A stretch of 64,000 nt of DNA from Raillietiella orientalis (lineage: Eukaryota): assembly GCA_036172245.1 (NCBI GenBank), contig JAYWIR010000037.1:558001-622000 (forward strand), written 5' to 3'. This document shows positions 1 through 13,141 of the stretch, in pieces. The notes below the pieces were generated by a model, which saw only the letters and a list, made by a program, of their open reading frames with translations, was not told the origin of the DNA and did no database searches. The position numbers and the translations under genes were made by a program. Every line of letters starts with the position of its first letter. The first letter of the stretch is position 1.

Positions 1-875
1 TCCTTCCAACTCACCTGTAGTTTCCCATGTTGCTTAGCTGCAGTAGGCGTCACGGAATTCTTATTGCCGATGCTCATTGCTAAGTATTAAAGTACCGTTC
101 GCCTGGGGCTCACCCAGCTCTTTCACAATCTTCCGCGCCATTTGAGGGTGCGTGTAGTAACTCTTCTTCGAGTTAGGGGATACCCTGGGAGGGGACCACC
201 TCATGAATCGAGGAAGGGCTCCGGAGGAAGGGGTTCCGTTCCTCTCACGCATGGGGAGGGAACCCCCCATCCCGGTTTTCTACGAAGGGAACCCCGAAGG
301 AAATATTATCCTGCCTTATTCTCTCCTCTGCCTTATTCCACCGGTTCGTGGGGCCACCCCATTATTTATTCTCCGGAGGGAACTCGCAAGGGAAACGCTC
401 CTTGTCACTCTTATAAAGAGAACCCCTAAGGGATGCCTCCCAATTTCCTTCGAAGAGTCGCTCCCGAAGGGAGCAGCTCTTTTCTTCACACTCTGGAGAT
501 ATGTCATCAATCCACCAGCTCCATGGTACGAGATGGAGGGTTCCCCCCACCCCCATCTTCCAAGGGGGAAAGGGGGGGAGGGAAGGCTCCATTTTCACAA
601 TCGGAGGGAAACGGCTCCTTGATTCCTGGGAAGGCCCCAGAGCGTCAACTTCCAATCCCAGCCGGTCAACGGGTGCATCAGGGGTTTCCTGATGCTTCCA
701 CCAGTGCCGCACCCAAAGTCCATGGTCCAACCAGCTTCATCCTGCGAAAAGAGGACTCGAAACCCACGAGACACCCATTTCTGCCGTCAACCCTCCACGT
801 GGGGGATTCGAACCCGCGGCGCCTGGATGTGCCGCACGCGGAGACCTCAGCCAGACGGCCACCGCGCGGGCTCCG
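1..875 (-). mobile_element. tRNA-headed SINE-like non-autonomous retroelement, copy 1 (probably continues past the left window edge)
   Basis: On minus: A-box-like TGGCCGTCTGG (861-851) and perfect B box GGTTCGAATCC (814-804). 82-616 aligns directly with 13142-13646, 619-862 aligns with the reverse complement of 13921-14161, and a more diverged copy lies at about 43650-44125. Confidence 0.8.
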
Positions 876-1049
876 TTAAAGCGAGATAATTGAATTTGCG
901 TATCTATTGACAAGAAGAGAGGCTCACAGAGCTATCAAGAAGAAACTGAAGCTGAACAGATGCACGAGATTAGTCCTTGAGAGCTTTCAAGGATGGTATC
1001 TGAGCCCCCAACGTACGAGGAGGAACCCTCGCACGCCGCGGTCCCGATT

Positions 1050-1650
1050 GACTGTTCTGGAGCCATCCATTCTTGCTGCTACTGAGGTAGCTATGTGTCA
1101 GTAGTCCTTTGGATGAGTTCCTTGGTGCCTCAACTTTTTCTTCGGCTTTTCGGGGGGGGTGGTTCCCATTATAGGACCTGTCTTTTACATGTCGGAGGAC
1201 GAGTCCAGTCGCGAGTTCATATGACAGCTGCGCTTCGCAAAGGTTTCGTCTTTCCTAGGACAGAAGGCATCCCTAGTAAGCTAATGAGGTTGTAGGAGCT
1301 GCCTTCGGGGAAAATCTGTCGGATTCTTACGGCCACGGGCTCTCTATGGGTGTTGTGGTTCTACACGGGCGCGACGGGCTTTACGGTACTAGCATCAACG
1401 GCCAAGTGAAGGGAAGAATTAGCAGCGAGTGCTCCGAAAATCCATCGGCCTAGAACAAACGAACAGGCGAAGCAGGAATTAAGTTTCCTGCCAAATGCTG
1501 TAGCAGCAGTTCAGCGCGGAAGCAGTGACCTCTGTGCACTGAATGAGGCAAGAAGGCAACAGGGAAAGTGTCCAAGAAATGGTGGGGGAGCCGGAATGCA
1601 GACGTCCTCGCACTGAGTTCTTGTACGAATCGAGAAGGGATTCTACCTCT
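1050..1650 (-). mobile_element. Decayed APE endonuclease remnant of an L1/Tx1-like LINE ORF2
   Basis: Minus-strand fragments with stops and frameshifts: 'YSIWQET' (cf. LQET) near 1490-1510 and 'DAFCPRKDETFAKRSCHMNSRLD' (cf. DAWR..TF..SRLD) near 1200-1275. Confidence 0.4.
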
Positions 1651-4600
1651 CCGCCTGTCCCATGCAGAGTCGCCCTCCGACTCTCTGCAGCCCCGGCGAC
1701 GGGCCGATGAGGATCTCTCCGTCTAGCGCCGCCCTGCTCCTTTCATGGAACGTGCAATCTCGGTACGTGGATGCGACGCAGCGCAGGGAAATGGGCCGGG
1801 GAGGCCGAATGTGGCTCCTGCGAGGAAGGAAAAAACAACTCAAGAAGTTTTCCGAAGATGTGGGAGGAGGGAAGAGGCTCTTGCTGTGAGCTCCCTCCCT
1901 CGAGCAAGAGGCACGACCAGGAAACTCCTTCGCACGGCACCGGAGTCGGGAGTTGCTCATGGAACCGTGGTGACCCATACACGTCGGAATAACTGCCTGT
2001 CTGCCTACGAGGAGGGAGTTCCATTAGGGGGTCCTGTCCTCGAGGCCTACACCCTTAGGATGGGTGCTCGCGTTGGCCGACCGGCTGGCACCATGAACTC
2101 GTTGGTTCCCCACCAGTCGAGGCTCGTGGATTCTGGAAGACTCCCAACCCGTTCGTCGGCGAATGGAGCCCGTCCTTCCTTTCCCAGGGAATGAGCAGCA
2201 GCTGCAGCAAAAGCGCGGTCAGCGCTTGTGTCCCCTCCTTCGAGTTCTGCGCCTTTCTCGCGAAGGAACCCGCTCAACATGATGGACAGCAGTGCCTCCG
2301 TCCGGTGAGGTCTGGTGAAGTGGGGGAGGAGCAGCTGGTTCTCTTCGAGCGGAAGGGGATAAGGGAGAGAAGGGAAGAGAGGAAAATGGGGCAGAAGGAG
2401 GGAGAGAAGGATGAGCATTCGAAAGGAATGGTGGAAAGGGAATGAAGGGATGAAGAGCTCCACTCCCTCCAGTACACCACCCGAGACTCCATCGAGAAGT
2501 CCACTAGCCTCGTATCCCGAGGGGAAGCTCGGAGAACCCTCACCGCTCCTTGTACGGAGGGAGGCGTGCGCATCCTGGCTGCGAAGCTCAGAGAGCAGCT
2601 GATTTGCGACCGGAGGCTCGATAGTTCCTCCAGGAACGACTGGCGGCTATGGGTACGCTTGTGCGCGGAGACGGCCTCTTCCTCGTAGCCCTGGTCTCCC
2701 TCTGGGACTCTTTACGTGGGGTTGATTCAGAAAGGACTGCGCCTTCATCTAGCCTCAGGCAAAGCAAGACTATGCGAAAGGGGTCGTCGCAAGAGGGGTT
2801 GCGCTCTTCCCTTCTTTCCCCCCCCATCCTTCTTTCCTCTTCCCCTTCCCCTCCTCCACCCCTCCTCTACTTCCTAGGAGGGAGCGGGAGCTGGGAGGAT
2901 CGTGCCGGTGGAGCCATGAACGACCTTGTGGACGCGAGGCGGTCCCGTCCTGGCCAGTTTGACCTCGACATCCGGGTTTCTGACCTGGATGTCGAGATTC
3001 CCCTGTCAATGGAAAGGTTGGAAAGGAGGGAGAGAGTAGGAGTAGGAAGAGGACAGACGGAGTAGAAGGTGAAAGAGGAGGAAGATGAGCGTTCGAAGGG
3101 AACGGTGGGAAGGGAATAATTGGACCGAGCCTCCTTCCCCTCCTTCCTGCTCACAGAAGCTCGAGGGGTCTTTTCTGGGACGCCGATCCTCCACCCTCGT
3201 TCCGTTCGCCGGAGAGTGAAGGGAAGGTGGCGTAGCGATGGGAGAGAAAGGTGGGCGCGCTGTCCCCACGGCGTTCGGTGACCCTTCTCTTTAGCTCCGC
3301 CGCCCTCCCTCCTGGGAGGCTCTTCCTCTCCTTGCCGTCATGCTGCCCAGGCGAGAGTCTCCCCTTCCACTTCCCTCTCGCCCCACCTCCCCGCCTTGAC
3401 GTCTTGAAACGGGAAACCTGCGAGTCTCTTGTTCAGGGATGGATCGCGGTGGCATTCCTCACTTGTTTCCCGGAATGAACCCACCGATCTGCCACTGCTC
3501 CCCGCCTCTGCCCCTTCTGACAGGTTTCGTAGGGAGAAGCCTATCCGAGGCGAAGTGCTCCTCCCCTTCCCCTGCCGTCGCTCTTCCCAACTCCCCCTCA
3601 TTTCCTCCTCAGGCGAGGGGTGGATGGTTCCTCCTTCGGCCGCACCTGCCGCCGCGCCCACATGCTAAGCCATAGCCCTGAAGAAAGCTCCGCTCGAGCG
3701 GACGGATCCCCTTCCCTCCCTTCTCTCTCGAAGCTCCTGGTTGCCTCCAAGATCCTCGCTCGTCCCCTCCCGCGCACCGGTCTCATGCGACGCACGTCTG
3801 CAGCCTCATCGAAAGATACCCGGGAGGCCGGGAGAAGTCTCTTCCCTTCGGGAGCTAAGCCGAAAGCGGCCTCGGGTCTCCCTCCCTTCTCCTCCTTCCT
3901 CCTGAGATCCGTTCGATCCCAGCGTTCCTCCCTCTCTCACCCTGGAGGAGGGGTGAGGGACCTCCGGATCCCCCCTCCACTTTTCCTGGCATCCACTGGA
4001 CGGCCTGGAGCTCGGCATGAGAAAAGGGAGTAAAAAGGAGTGCCGAGCGAGCGGTGGGAACAGGGAAGGCAGAGGAAGCCCACCTCCGCTTCTACCGCTC
4101 CCACGTACCAACTCGGAGACGAAAGGGGAATTGGAGGATGCATCCTGATCTAGCGGATGAGGAATAGGGGTCTAGGATAGATCGGGGAGGCCTGGAGAGG
4201 AAACGCAGCTTCTCAGGTAGAGGGAGGAGTGGGAACGAAGCATAGAAGGCGTGAGGGGGCGGACGTCTTCCTGCTTTCCGACTGGGAGGCGCCCCGTCCC
4301 TCGACGGTGCAGTGGTCTCCTAGCACGAGAGAATGGCAGGGGGCCAAGCTGACGTCGGTTCGGTAGGGTAAGACTTCCTTAGGAATAAGCCGAACTGCCT
4401 CTTCGGCTCCCTCCTGCGCCTCCAGGCGGCACTAGGATCGCGAGCTCAACGTCCCGTCCCGCCTCCTCCTCGGCAGGCATGCTGGGCGCGAGAAGCGGAA
4501 AGGAAGACGGGAAAGGAAGACACGACGCCGGAACGCCCACCCGGTCAGCGGGAAAGAGGGGTCCGCCGGCAGAGGGCGTTCCCGGAGCCAGGTCTTCTAC

Positions 4601-5789
4601 CGACGGGTATGCTGAGGTGGCTAAGGGAGAAGTCACAGGACGTCCTTGAGAGGAAGGAGGAAGGGAACAGAGGGGCCACTTCTCGGTCCGCCACCACGAG
4701 GATGCATGGAGGACGTCCCTGCTATCCTTTGCGTGCTCCCTCCCTCTGGCCGACGACAGGGGGGAGGAGAAGGGGGAATGAGGAGATGGGGTGGTTCCCG
4801 ACACGGAGGGCGCCTTCGAGCCCCAGAAGATGCCGGAACTGCGGGTTGGCTTTTCTCCGGAGAATTCTCTCTACCCTGCCCGGCAAGGACCGGATGTCCC
4901 CCTCAAATTCGATTCCTTCGCGCGCGGCGCCACTTTCGGGTACGTCCCGCCTCTTCCCCGATCGATACGTTCCTGTTGCTGGCTCCGTCCGGTAGGAAGT
5001 GGGCGTGGTTGCTTCCGCAGAGCGCCCCCCCCCCCACTTCCCCTCCTTGCGTTCGATGCCGGAAACCGAGAGGACTGCCATTGCTGCGCGTCCCTCCTCT
5101 TCCTTCTCCTCCACCTCGGCTCAGTAGCTGCCGCCATGATCGCTGCTTCGGAGGGTCTCGTGAGGTGGAGGGTGGTGTTTTTCCCGCCCCTCCTTCACGG
5201 TAGACTTTCGAAGGTGCCCTTCCAAAACGTTCCGTCCATCGCCTCTGGTCGGGTCCCGGCACTGGAGGGCAAGGTGCGAATCACCATGGCGCCGTTCTTC
5301 CACTCCTGTCCCCTCCCCCGCTCTCCATGGGGAGGAGGGTGGATCTAGCCCTTCAGATCCCGGAAGGTTTCCTTCTCTGGACCGTAGGAGCGGCGGGAAC
5401 CGGGAGCCCTTCCAGATCCAGGTCGTAGAAGTCACCTCAGGGCGTCGTGGTCAGCATCTCCTTGTCTCTGCCGCCGCAAGGGTGGGTTTCGTGGAGGTGG
5501 AAGTGGAAGACGAGACACCGCGGCGCCTCCATCCCCGCTCCTGTGCCATCTTACCCTCTCGAGGATATCCTGAGGTGGGGGAGTATGGGAATTGGGGAAT
5601 CGAGAATGGCCCCGGCATCGTCTTCCGTCATCTATCGCTGGGGCTTTCCCAATTCCCCATCTCCCATACTCTCCTTCTCATCCTTATTCGCTCCTGTCCC
5701 ATCTGCGGGTAAGGTACAGATAGGAGTGACCTCTCTGGAGGGAGAGGAGGCTCTCTAGCGGCGCTCTCCTGCCCTTCCGCAGCGTCCTC

Positions 5790-7500
5790 GCCCTGCCCAT
5801 GGAGAGGAAGGCCCTTGGACTCGGTGTGTCGCCCCGCTTCCCGGGACGGACCGTTCTGCCCCCAGCTGCCCTGCAGGCCCAAAACGTCCTTCCTTCCTCC
5901 CTCCCTTCTTCCTCCTTGCTGTCTCCGCCCCTGGTCAGGAGACAGGTGACCTTCCCTTCCCGAGTCTCGTACTCGGGACCAATCGCTTCCCTCGCCCCTC
6001 CCCCTCTCGAAACTCACTAAGACGAACCCTTTCCAGTGTTTCAGAAGCCACCAACCGACCCGTCCTTCTGGAGGGTGGGAGGGAGGTACCGACCCCTCGG
6101 GAAGCGTCCATGCGTCGCTGAAGGCATTGCAGGGCCGAGCGTGACCTTCAGTGAGGCACCAGCTGTGTGGAGCTCCTTCGTGCTCCCGCTCCTTTTCTCC
6201 CTGCTTTCTGTTTGTTCCCCCGCCGAAGTACCTCCTCAGGATCGCCCTTTGGGGCAAGGGAAGGTCCCGAGTCCGACTTAAGGAGTTGTGCGCTCCGCAT
6301 TTGGGCGACGGCCTCGGCCTCCCGGCACTGGAGTGGCTAGGGCTTCAGCTCCAGTTCGGAATACTTTTCCTCGTGGAGAAGATGTGGAGCACCACCCGGT
6401 GAGACCCTGATCGTCCCCTCGTCCAACAGGCACCGTCAGCGTGGGACTCGCGTCCCTCCTGACGCCCCGTTGCCGCAACATCTCCGGTTGCGGACTGCAG
6501 CTTCGGCAGATGGCCACGCTCACCAGGGAGATCAGCTGGGTTTCGTGCAGCCCCGCTGACGGTAGTGCCTGGTTGCAGGAAAGCGTCCGCACGTGGGCGA
6601 GGAACCAGGAGCGATGCCCGGAACAGGCGCAGCGCTTGCTGTACTGCTTTTGCAGCAGCTGCTCGCTCCAGGAGATCCTAGAACATTCCGTGAAGAGTGC
6701 ATGGGCAGGAAGAACCTCCCTCGCCGCCGCGCTGCTCTCCCTCAGGGAACTCTTGGACATCAGCCTTATGTCTAGATGGGAGTTTGCTATGCAAGTCTCC
6801 GGAAGGGGGAAAGGACTGGTTGAGTGGACTACGGGCCAGCTACGACCCCGAGTACCCCGCCTCGTGGACTCTGGGGCGACCTACCAGGTGTTCCGGAAGA
6901 AGACCTGAAGTGGCCTTCGTACTCTAGGATCCCCACATCCTTCCCTTGAAGTGGTCAGGAGGCGGCACTGATGCTGCTGCATTGAGACCTCGTTCGCAAC
7001 GCCCTTCGACCGGTAGCCTCGCTAGCAGCAGCTCTCCGCTGCCTACGGAAGGTCTTCGCAGCCTGGAGCGAAGCAAGGGGAGGCCACAGCGACAGGGATG
7101 CCACGTTCACTTCGCTGTCCGATTTCATGAGGATGACAACGCAATGGCGCCACCAGAACAACTCCATACAGCCTGTCGGCATTCAGCAGAGGATGCAGAG
7201 GACCGCCCCCAGCAGGACATGATCTCTTCCCGCACCCTACTCCACCCCAAGTGGGGTGAGGTGCGGGAAGGGAATTCCCAAATTTATTTATTTATCTTTA
7301 TTTTTGTTTCTTTTTTTTTTTTTTTCTGTTTGTTTGTCCCCTCCCCTCGGCTGCCGTGGTGGATCTCATCGATCTGCGAACCGGTAACCCGGCAGGCTTG
7401 ATCTGAAAAGGACGCGGTTGGACCGGTGGTCCAGCCATAGAGACTGTGAATGTTTATTTTTTTTTTAGATGGAATAAATCCTCCGGCGCACCCGGGTGAT
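5790..7500 (+). mobile_element. 5'-truncated decayed L1/Tx1-like LINE: ORF2 C-terminal half, 3'UTR and terminal hairpin
   Basis: 'VWSSFVLPLLFSLLSV' then 'PPPKYLLRIALWGKGRSRVRLKELCAPHLGDGLGLPAL' (6151-6402) match the L1-clade thumb F.W...L..P..GGLGLP. T-rich 3'UTR, AATAAA 7473-7478 and hairpin 7482-7496 are homologous to the ends at 42988 and 44133. Confidence 0.75.
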
Positions 7501-7509
7501 GATTCAGCG

Positions 7510-10500
7510 AGGCACCTGACTCTCTTCTCGCCGTGAACCCCCTTCCGTGTACCTCGGTTCCGGGTACTCGTCTGGGATGCCCGGGAGCGAATCCTCCCTC
7601 CCCCCTTCCCAGTGCGACCGGAGTCGATGACAGGAACCCCCTCCTCCTTGACTCCGTCTTGCCCCTTTTCCCGTTTGCGTGAGTTCCTCCAGCGACTCTG
7701 GCCGAGCCCGCCCTCGCTACCTGCGAGTTGAGGAAAGAAGAGGCTCCCGCTCCTTCCCCTTTTATTCCCGCCCCCCTTTTTGCCCTAGCTCCTTCAAACT
7801 GCTGGGAAATTCTCCTCCCCCCGTCCACGGAAGCTCAAGGGATCTTTTCCGGGACATCGAACCTCCACCCCCATTCCATTCGCCGGAACGGGAAGCTGGA
7901 CTTCCCAGGAGCACTCCGCTGCTCCCCCTCTATAATTCCCTCTGAGGAGACTCCTCGCCCCTCCCCCCTCCTTTCCTGAGATTGATCGCTCTCCGGGCCG
8001 ACGGCAGGAATCGGGCGGGAAGCGTGCAGGAAGTGGACGTGCGCAGGGCGGGGGAGAGGAAAGGAGTTGGCTCAGGAGTGCCGCGGGTCCCGAGGGGCGA
8101 ACTTCCCTAGACGCAGTAAAAAAACGCCTCACTGCTGGGGGAGGGCGCGCTGCACCCGCTCCCGGCAGTTCCTCCCGGTTCCCTCCCGGATTAGGCGTGC
8201 CCTCCGCGGAACCTCCCCTTCCCCTGGTCCGGACAGCAACGCGCGAAGACTTGACCCCCTCATCGCCGTTCCTGGAGGTCATCCCAACAGCGAAAGGGGT
8301 CTGTTCGGAATCACCGTTCCCGTCTTCCTGCCCGCCTCGCGGAGTCCCCCTGCGCGCTCCTGGGGGACTCCGCGAGGCGAGAATCGCCACCCGAACTGCT
8401 TCGCAGCCGCTGGCTCTCGTTAGGGCAGTCCTGCAGGACGGGGTTCAGGGAGGAGTAGCCAGGTCGTACTGGGTGCTCATAGAGAGAGAAGGGGAAGGGG
8501 AGGGGAGGCACGCGGCAGCGGTCGGGAGGAGACCGGGAGAAGAGACGGATGGCCGCGCGATGAGATTCCTCCGAGGGAACCGCGGTTCACCCTCTCGGAA
8601 AACTTCGGAGATTTCCCGGGCGTGGTCGCGTCGGTCCCCTCGTCCCGGAAGCTGGGAGCCGCCCCTCTGCGAGAAGCCGGCGCCGCTGCCGGTGCTGCCG
8701 GATACGCCACCTCCCTGGTCCACTTCCCATCCGAATCCGGAGCAGGCTCAGGATACACGGAACCATCCGGGTGACGCCCCACCATCCAGAAGCTTGGTGG
8801 AAGGCGCTCGTCCCTGCGTGCGAACTCGGAGTCCCGGTGCAACCAGCGCCGCAGTCTCACCTCAACTGGAACTTGGCAGAGTCGGCACAGTCAGCCCTTC
8901 CCTGAGGCTTCCAGCTGCCACCACCATCGTCTGCCACGAATGATCCTCGCGAGTCGATGCGCGGGAGGATGCAATGGCCTCTTGAGGAGCCCACTACCAC
9001 CCCGGGGAAAGGAAAGGCGGGAGGCTCAGCTTCTGACTTCCATCACGAGATGAGCATCGGTTCCCAGGAACCGCATCACCCAGAGGAGCTCACTGATGCC
9101 CGAGGTGATGGGAGCATCGATCAAGGATACATCCCGGTCAGTGAAGCCGGTCGCGCGCAGGGTTGGGTCATGCCGGACCTCCGTACACTTCCCCACTGAC
9201 GGAGGTCGTCCGTCCGTCCCTCATGCTCCAGCCTCGATCTGAGCGCCAACTGGGAGCGGAGGGAGGATCGACCTTGCTTCCGGTGCCAGGATGGGGATGA
9301 AAGGCCACCGCGCTTTTTCCATCTCTGCGGGAGGCACCTGGAACCCTGCACCAGGAGGCGTGGCGCCCTCACCAACTGCGCCAAAAGGTCGGAGCCCAGT
9401 GAGTGGAAAGCCTCAGCCAGCGACCGAGAGACGCCCGGCATGGGCAGTCGTCCCTACGGCGTGCGGCCTCCTACCCCTTGAGGAAAGGAAATGGACGTCA
9501 TCCTCGACGCACGCCACTCCACCTGGAAGCGCGAGTCCAGAGCTCGAGTAGACCGGCGCGAAGGAATCTTCACCCGCTCTCGCGCTCCACGTTCGCCTCC
9601 AGCACACGGCGGTGGCGCCAGAGCCATCCCGACTGGGAGCTGCTCGCACGGGGTGGTTGAGCTGAGCTGCACAGTCAGAAGGGCTCGCCAGCGGGTAGAG
9701 ACGTGCTGAGGCACGGAGCTGGCTCCTCCCTCTGTCCTCTTCCAGTACATGGTCTTCCCTTGCTTCCTTACGCTGAATCGTGCACAGGACGGGGATGATT
9801 TCTTTCCTTGAGTGCTGGTTCGGAATCGCATCCTCATCCTCGTGATCACCTGACCCTCACTCTGGTGGAGACTTGCCTTCCTTCAGTCTCCCTACTCCTG
9901 ATCGATCTCGTTGAGGGACCTGACGTGGCTGCTCCTAAATCCCCATCCGTCGATGGTGCGTGCAGTCCTCTCCCCGCTGGCCTACGAGGCTGGAAAAGCG
10001 GATGGCTCTCCCAAATACTTGGGGAGGCCGGTAGGGCTTGGATGGTTCCGTTCGGTTCCGGCGAAGGATGAAACAGTAGCCAGGGCAGAGACCATTTCTG
10101 ACCCTGGACTGTCCGTCTAAGGGCAGATACCCTCCAAGTCTTTTTCTATATCAGAGGGCGTTCCCTTAGTCGGAATGTACTCTGATAAGCAACCACGTGA
10201 GGGGATTGGGGGATGCTGCCTAATCGCGCAGCCAACAGATGCTCGTCCACATCATTCAAAGAAGTCCCGGAGGGAATGTTTGGACTTCACGAATTCCCCG
10301 GACAAGTCGGGGACACCCACGGTGGGCAGCTTCTCCGAGCTACTCACTTCTTTGCACCCAGAAGAGTATCTGCGCTCGCCTGCTCGACCCTCCGTCAAAT
10401 GGGTCGGGTGAGAAGGCGATCGCCCTACCTTGCCTTTGGATGCCGACCCCGTGATGAATTTCCATTTCCGAGAAATTTCAAAGGAGCGAAGGCAAGGTTG

Positions 10501-13135
10501 CGGACATCGGGGAGACATGAGTCATCGTGCGTGAGAGCAAACTGTGCTTTTATAGATAGAGAGCTGCGGATAGCCGTCGGCGAAAGCACTTCCGACGCAT
10601 CCATTTCATCCATGAGGATGCAACCAAGGGGACCGCATCGAGCGTCCACAATCCTTAGAGCAGTCAGGCGTGATGTTCCCTTATAGAAAATCGCGGAGAC
10701 CAAGGAGAGGCTACGCTCAGGATTGCACAGGAGCACGAGTCACGTCTCCTCTTTCGGAGAGCACATGCGGTTTTCGGATCACGGATATAACCACACCTCC
10801 AGACTCACTGCCTTCTCGGTCAGAGATGCCTCATATAGGAAAGGTCGCGGCTGCGGAAGATATCGAGCACGGGATGGTTTTTCGTCCAGTTTCTCCGGGG
10901 CAGTCATTCTAAAGAATAAAAAGTAAAAAAACATTTTATTGATGGAACACGTGGTTACCACCACGGACTAAAAAGGAAACACACTGAGCCTGCTGATTCC
11001 CGATACGCAGAAGGGCAAGGTCCACTTCGGAAGCGAAGGGGAGAGGAAAACAGAAAGCAAACAGAAACAAGCAAAAAAAAGAGCGGTAAAGTTTTCTTCG
11101 GGAAGGAGAAAGAAGGAGAAATCGAGGAAGGGACCACAGTCCACGGGGAGGCGCTCTCTGCATCCTGTCCAGGATGCTGGCGAGATTGCTCCGGGTGCGT
11201 GCCCAGGCGAGGCCATCTCGCGGCGGTCCTCCAGAAGATTCCCGACAGGTGGGTGGCGTTTCTTTCATTCTGGTTTCTTCTTCCTGCGTTCCGGGCCACC
11301 ACGATCCCTCGAAGACGGCAGAGAACTGCGAGGGACGCGGCTGGCGGAGGCAGCGCCGCGTCTCCGAAGAGAGGTGTTTCAAAATGCCCGTCGAACCGCG
11401 CACCGGGATTCCAAGAGTCGTCGCTAGGCGACCCCAAAGTGCTCGGAAATCAGTTCAGTCCAGAAACAGATGCGAAGTTGGAACACAGCGAGACGTTGCC
11501 TCTCTCCTGTGCTGAACCACTGTCTGCGGCACTTCTGAGTGCGCTGCTCCAGAGATCGAGGAAAGCAAATGAAGCCGTGAGCCGGGAAGTGGTTTCCTGC
11601 CACGAACTCGGCCCTAGAGGGAACTCTCTTCTTTGTCAGGATCTGGTACTGTGTAAGAGGAGAGAATTCGTCATCCTGGACTTTTCCTTCGCCTCTTGGG
11701 ACCACTCTGAGCATTGCTCAGAAGTGTTCGAGAAAGAAACCATATTCAAGGGAATAATTCCATGCCTCCTTGTAAACGAAGGGTGTTCAGGTGATTTCGG
11801 AGCCCTAATGATTCTCTGTGCTGAGTCCTGAGATCCCTAAAATAAAGAGCTGACAGAGATACCTCTACTAAGCCTTGCTAGAATGGGATGCCTTATCGTT
11901 GACCTCAACATCCAATATAGCCGCGCTATATATCTGACCCATAGATTGCGCTTCCAGGCAGTGCTGCTTTCCAACCCTTTGGGGTCGCCTTCTCCTCTCC
12001 TTCTTCCCATAGACCCATATCGGACCCATAGGTTGGGACATTCTTCTAGTGAAGGAGACAACCACAGCATGGACGTCCAAGTGGAAGTGATGTTAACCGA
12101 AGCAGATGTGAAGGGAGAATCCTCATAAACGATGCCATAATCTCATACCGGGTGGAACAAGATGGAACAGAACATGAGGATGGTGGAGGCTGTAAAGATC
12201 CTGCCGCCTTTATTCTATGTGATCCCTCTGCCTGTGACGAAATCGTCCAACTCGTCAGGTAGGCCGGGACTCTCCTTTAAGTAACCTGCATGGATGCAGT
12301 CGTTAAGCAACCTGCTCGGCAAACCACGTCTTCCGGAACGTTTGATCTGCTTATCTGGATGTGCTCAGCCGTTGGTAGTGTGCTAGTCTGGGAAAGAAGG
12401 TTCGCACGGCGCCCGTTTTCTGCCACGGGAGCGATGTGCCATCCATCCTGGTCACAACTTTGGCCAAAGCCTGTGAACTCTACACATCTATGCGCGTCAC
12501 TGTGGCCAAGGGTCGTTCACTGGTTCTGACGGACGTGTTTGTCAGGTTCCTGTTGCTTTGAAGAGCTTTCAGGTGCTGGTAGCGGCTGACAAGCATCCCA
12601 GTTTCCTTCCACGGGGCGGGTAGCATTTGAGGGCGTTCATGGCGCTTCCTTTTTGTGTTGCCATCAAGACTTGACCCGTTAGTACAGGTCAGCGGATTCA
12701 TCTTCAGAGACCCTCTTCTCGGAGAATCCGTTCAATTGTCAGAATGGAGAGCGTAGGGCCGGGTGGGCAGCCTCGATTTACTGGAAGTCCCTTGCAGTTT
12801 GTCACTCTCCTCATACAAAGGTTTGGATCCTTATACGAGCATCTGGTCAGTGGTCTTCCTTCAAAGATTTCCCGGACCTTGCCTCCCCGCCGGGCATGAT
12901 TCGGTAGTCGATTCGGCACCACGGCAAACGGCTTGGCTCTGTCGGTGCATGCGGTGCAGATGTAATGCGATGTGCACTACTCGCGCTCCTTTGTGTCATC
13001 TAGTCTCGTCTGGAGCGCAGGAGGATTCCAGCAAACGCCAGGCGCCCTCCCTCCTTGCTTTTCTATTCCGCTTTCACTGCTTCCCTTCCAGCTTCCTCTT
13101 CTACTTTTTTCGGGTTTTCCGTTTTTTGGGGGGGG
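7510..13135 (+). mobile_element. Near full-length decayed L1/Tx1-like LINE (ORF1 CCHC knuckle, APE, RT)
   Basis: Collinear motifs: frameshifted CFRC..GMKGHRA knuckle (about 9275-9320); APE 'GQLLRATHFFAP' (about 10325-10360) and 'FSDH...KGRGCGR' (about 10770-10860); RT 'KCPSNRAPG', 'GNSLLCQDLV..FVILDFS', 'LLVNEG' and 'GSPSPLLLPIDP' (11380-12020). The start boundary is approximate. Confidence 0.7.
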
Positions 13136-13141
13136 TTCTCC

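Noticed and set aside
620..760. Canonical hammerhead or HDV ribozyme in the element body
   Set aside because: No CUGAUGA/GAAA core was found, and I could not build a convincing HDV double pseudoknot by eye. Left to a descriptor search.
795..875. Functional tRNA gene
   Set aside because: A and B boxes are present, but the T-stem is mismatched, there is no clean anticodon arm or Pol III terminator, and it is part of a longer dispersed repeat.
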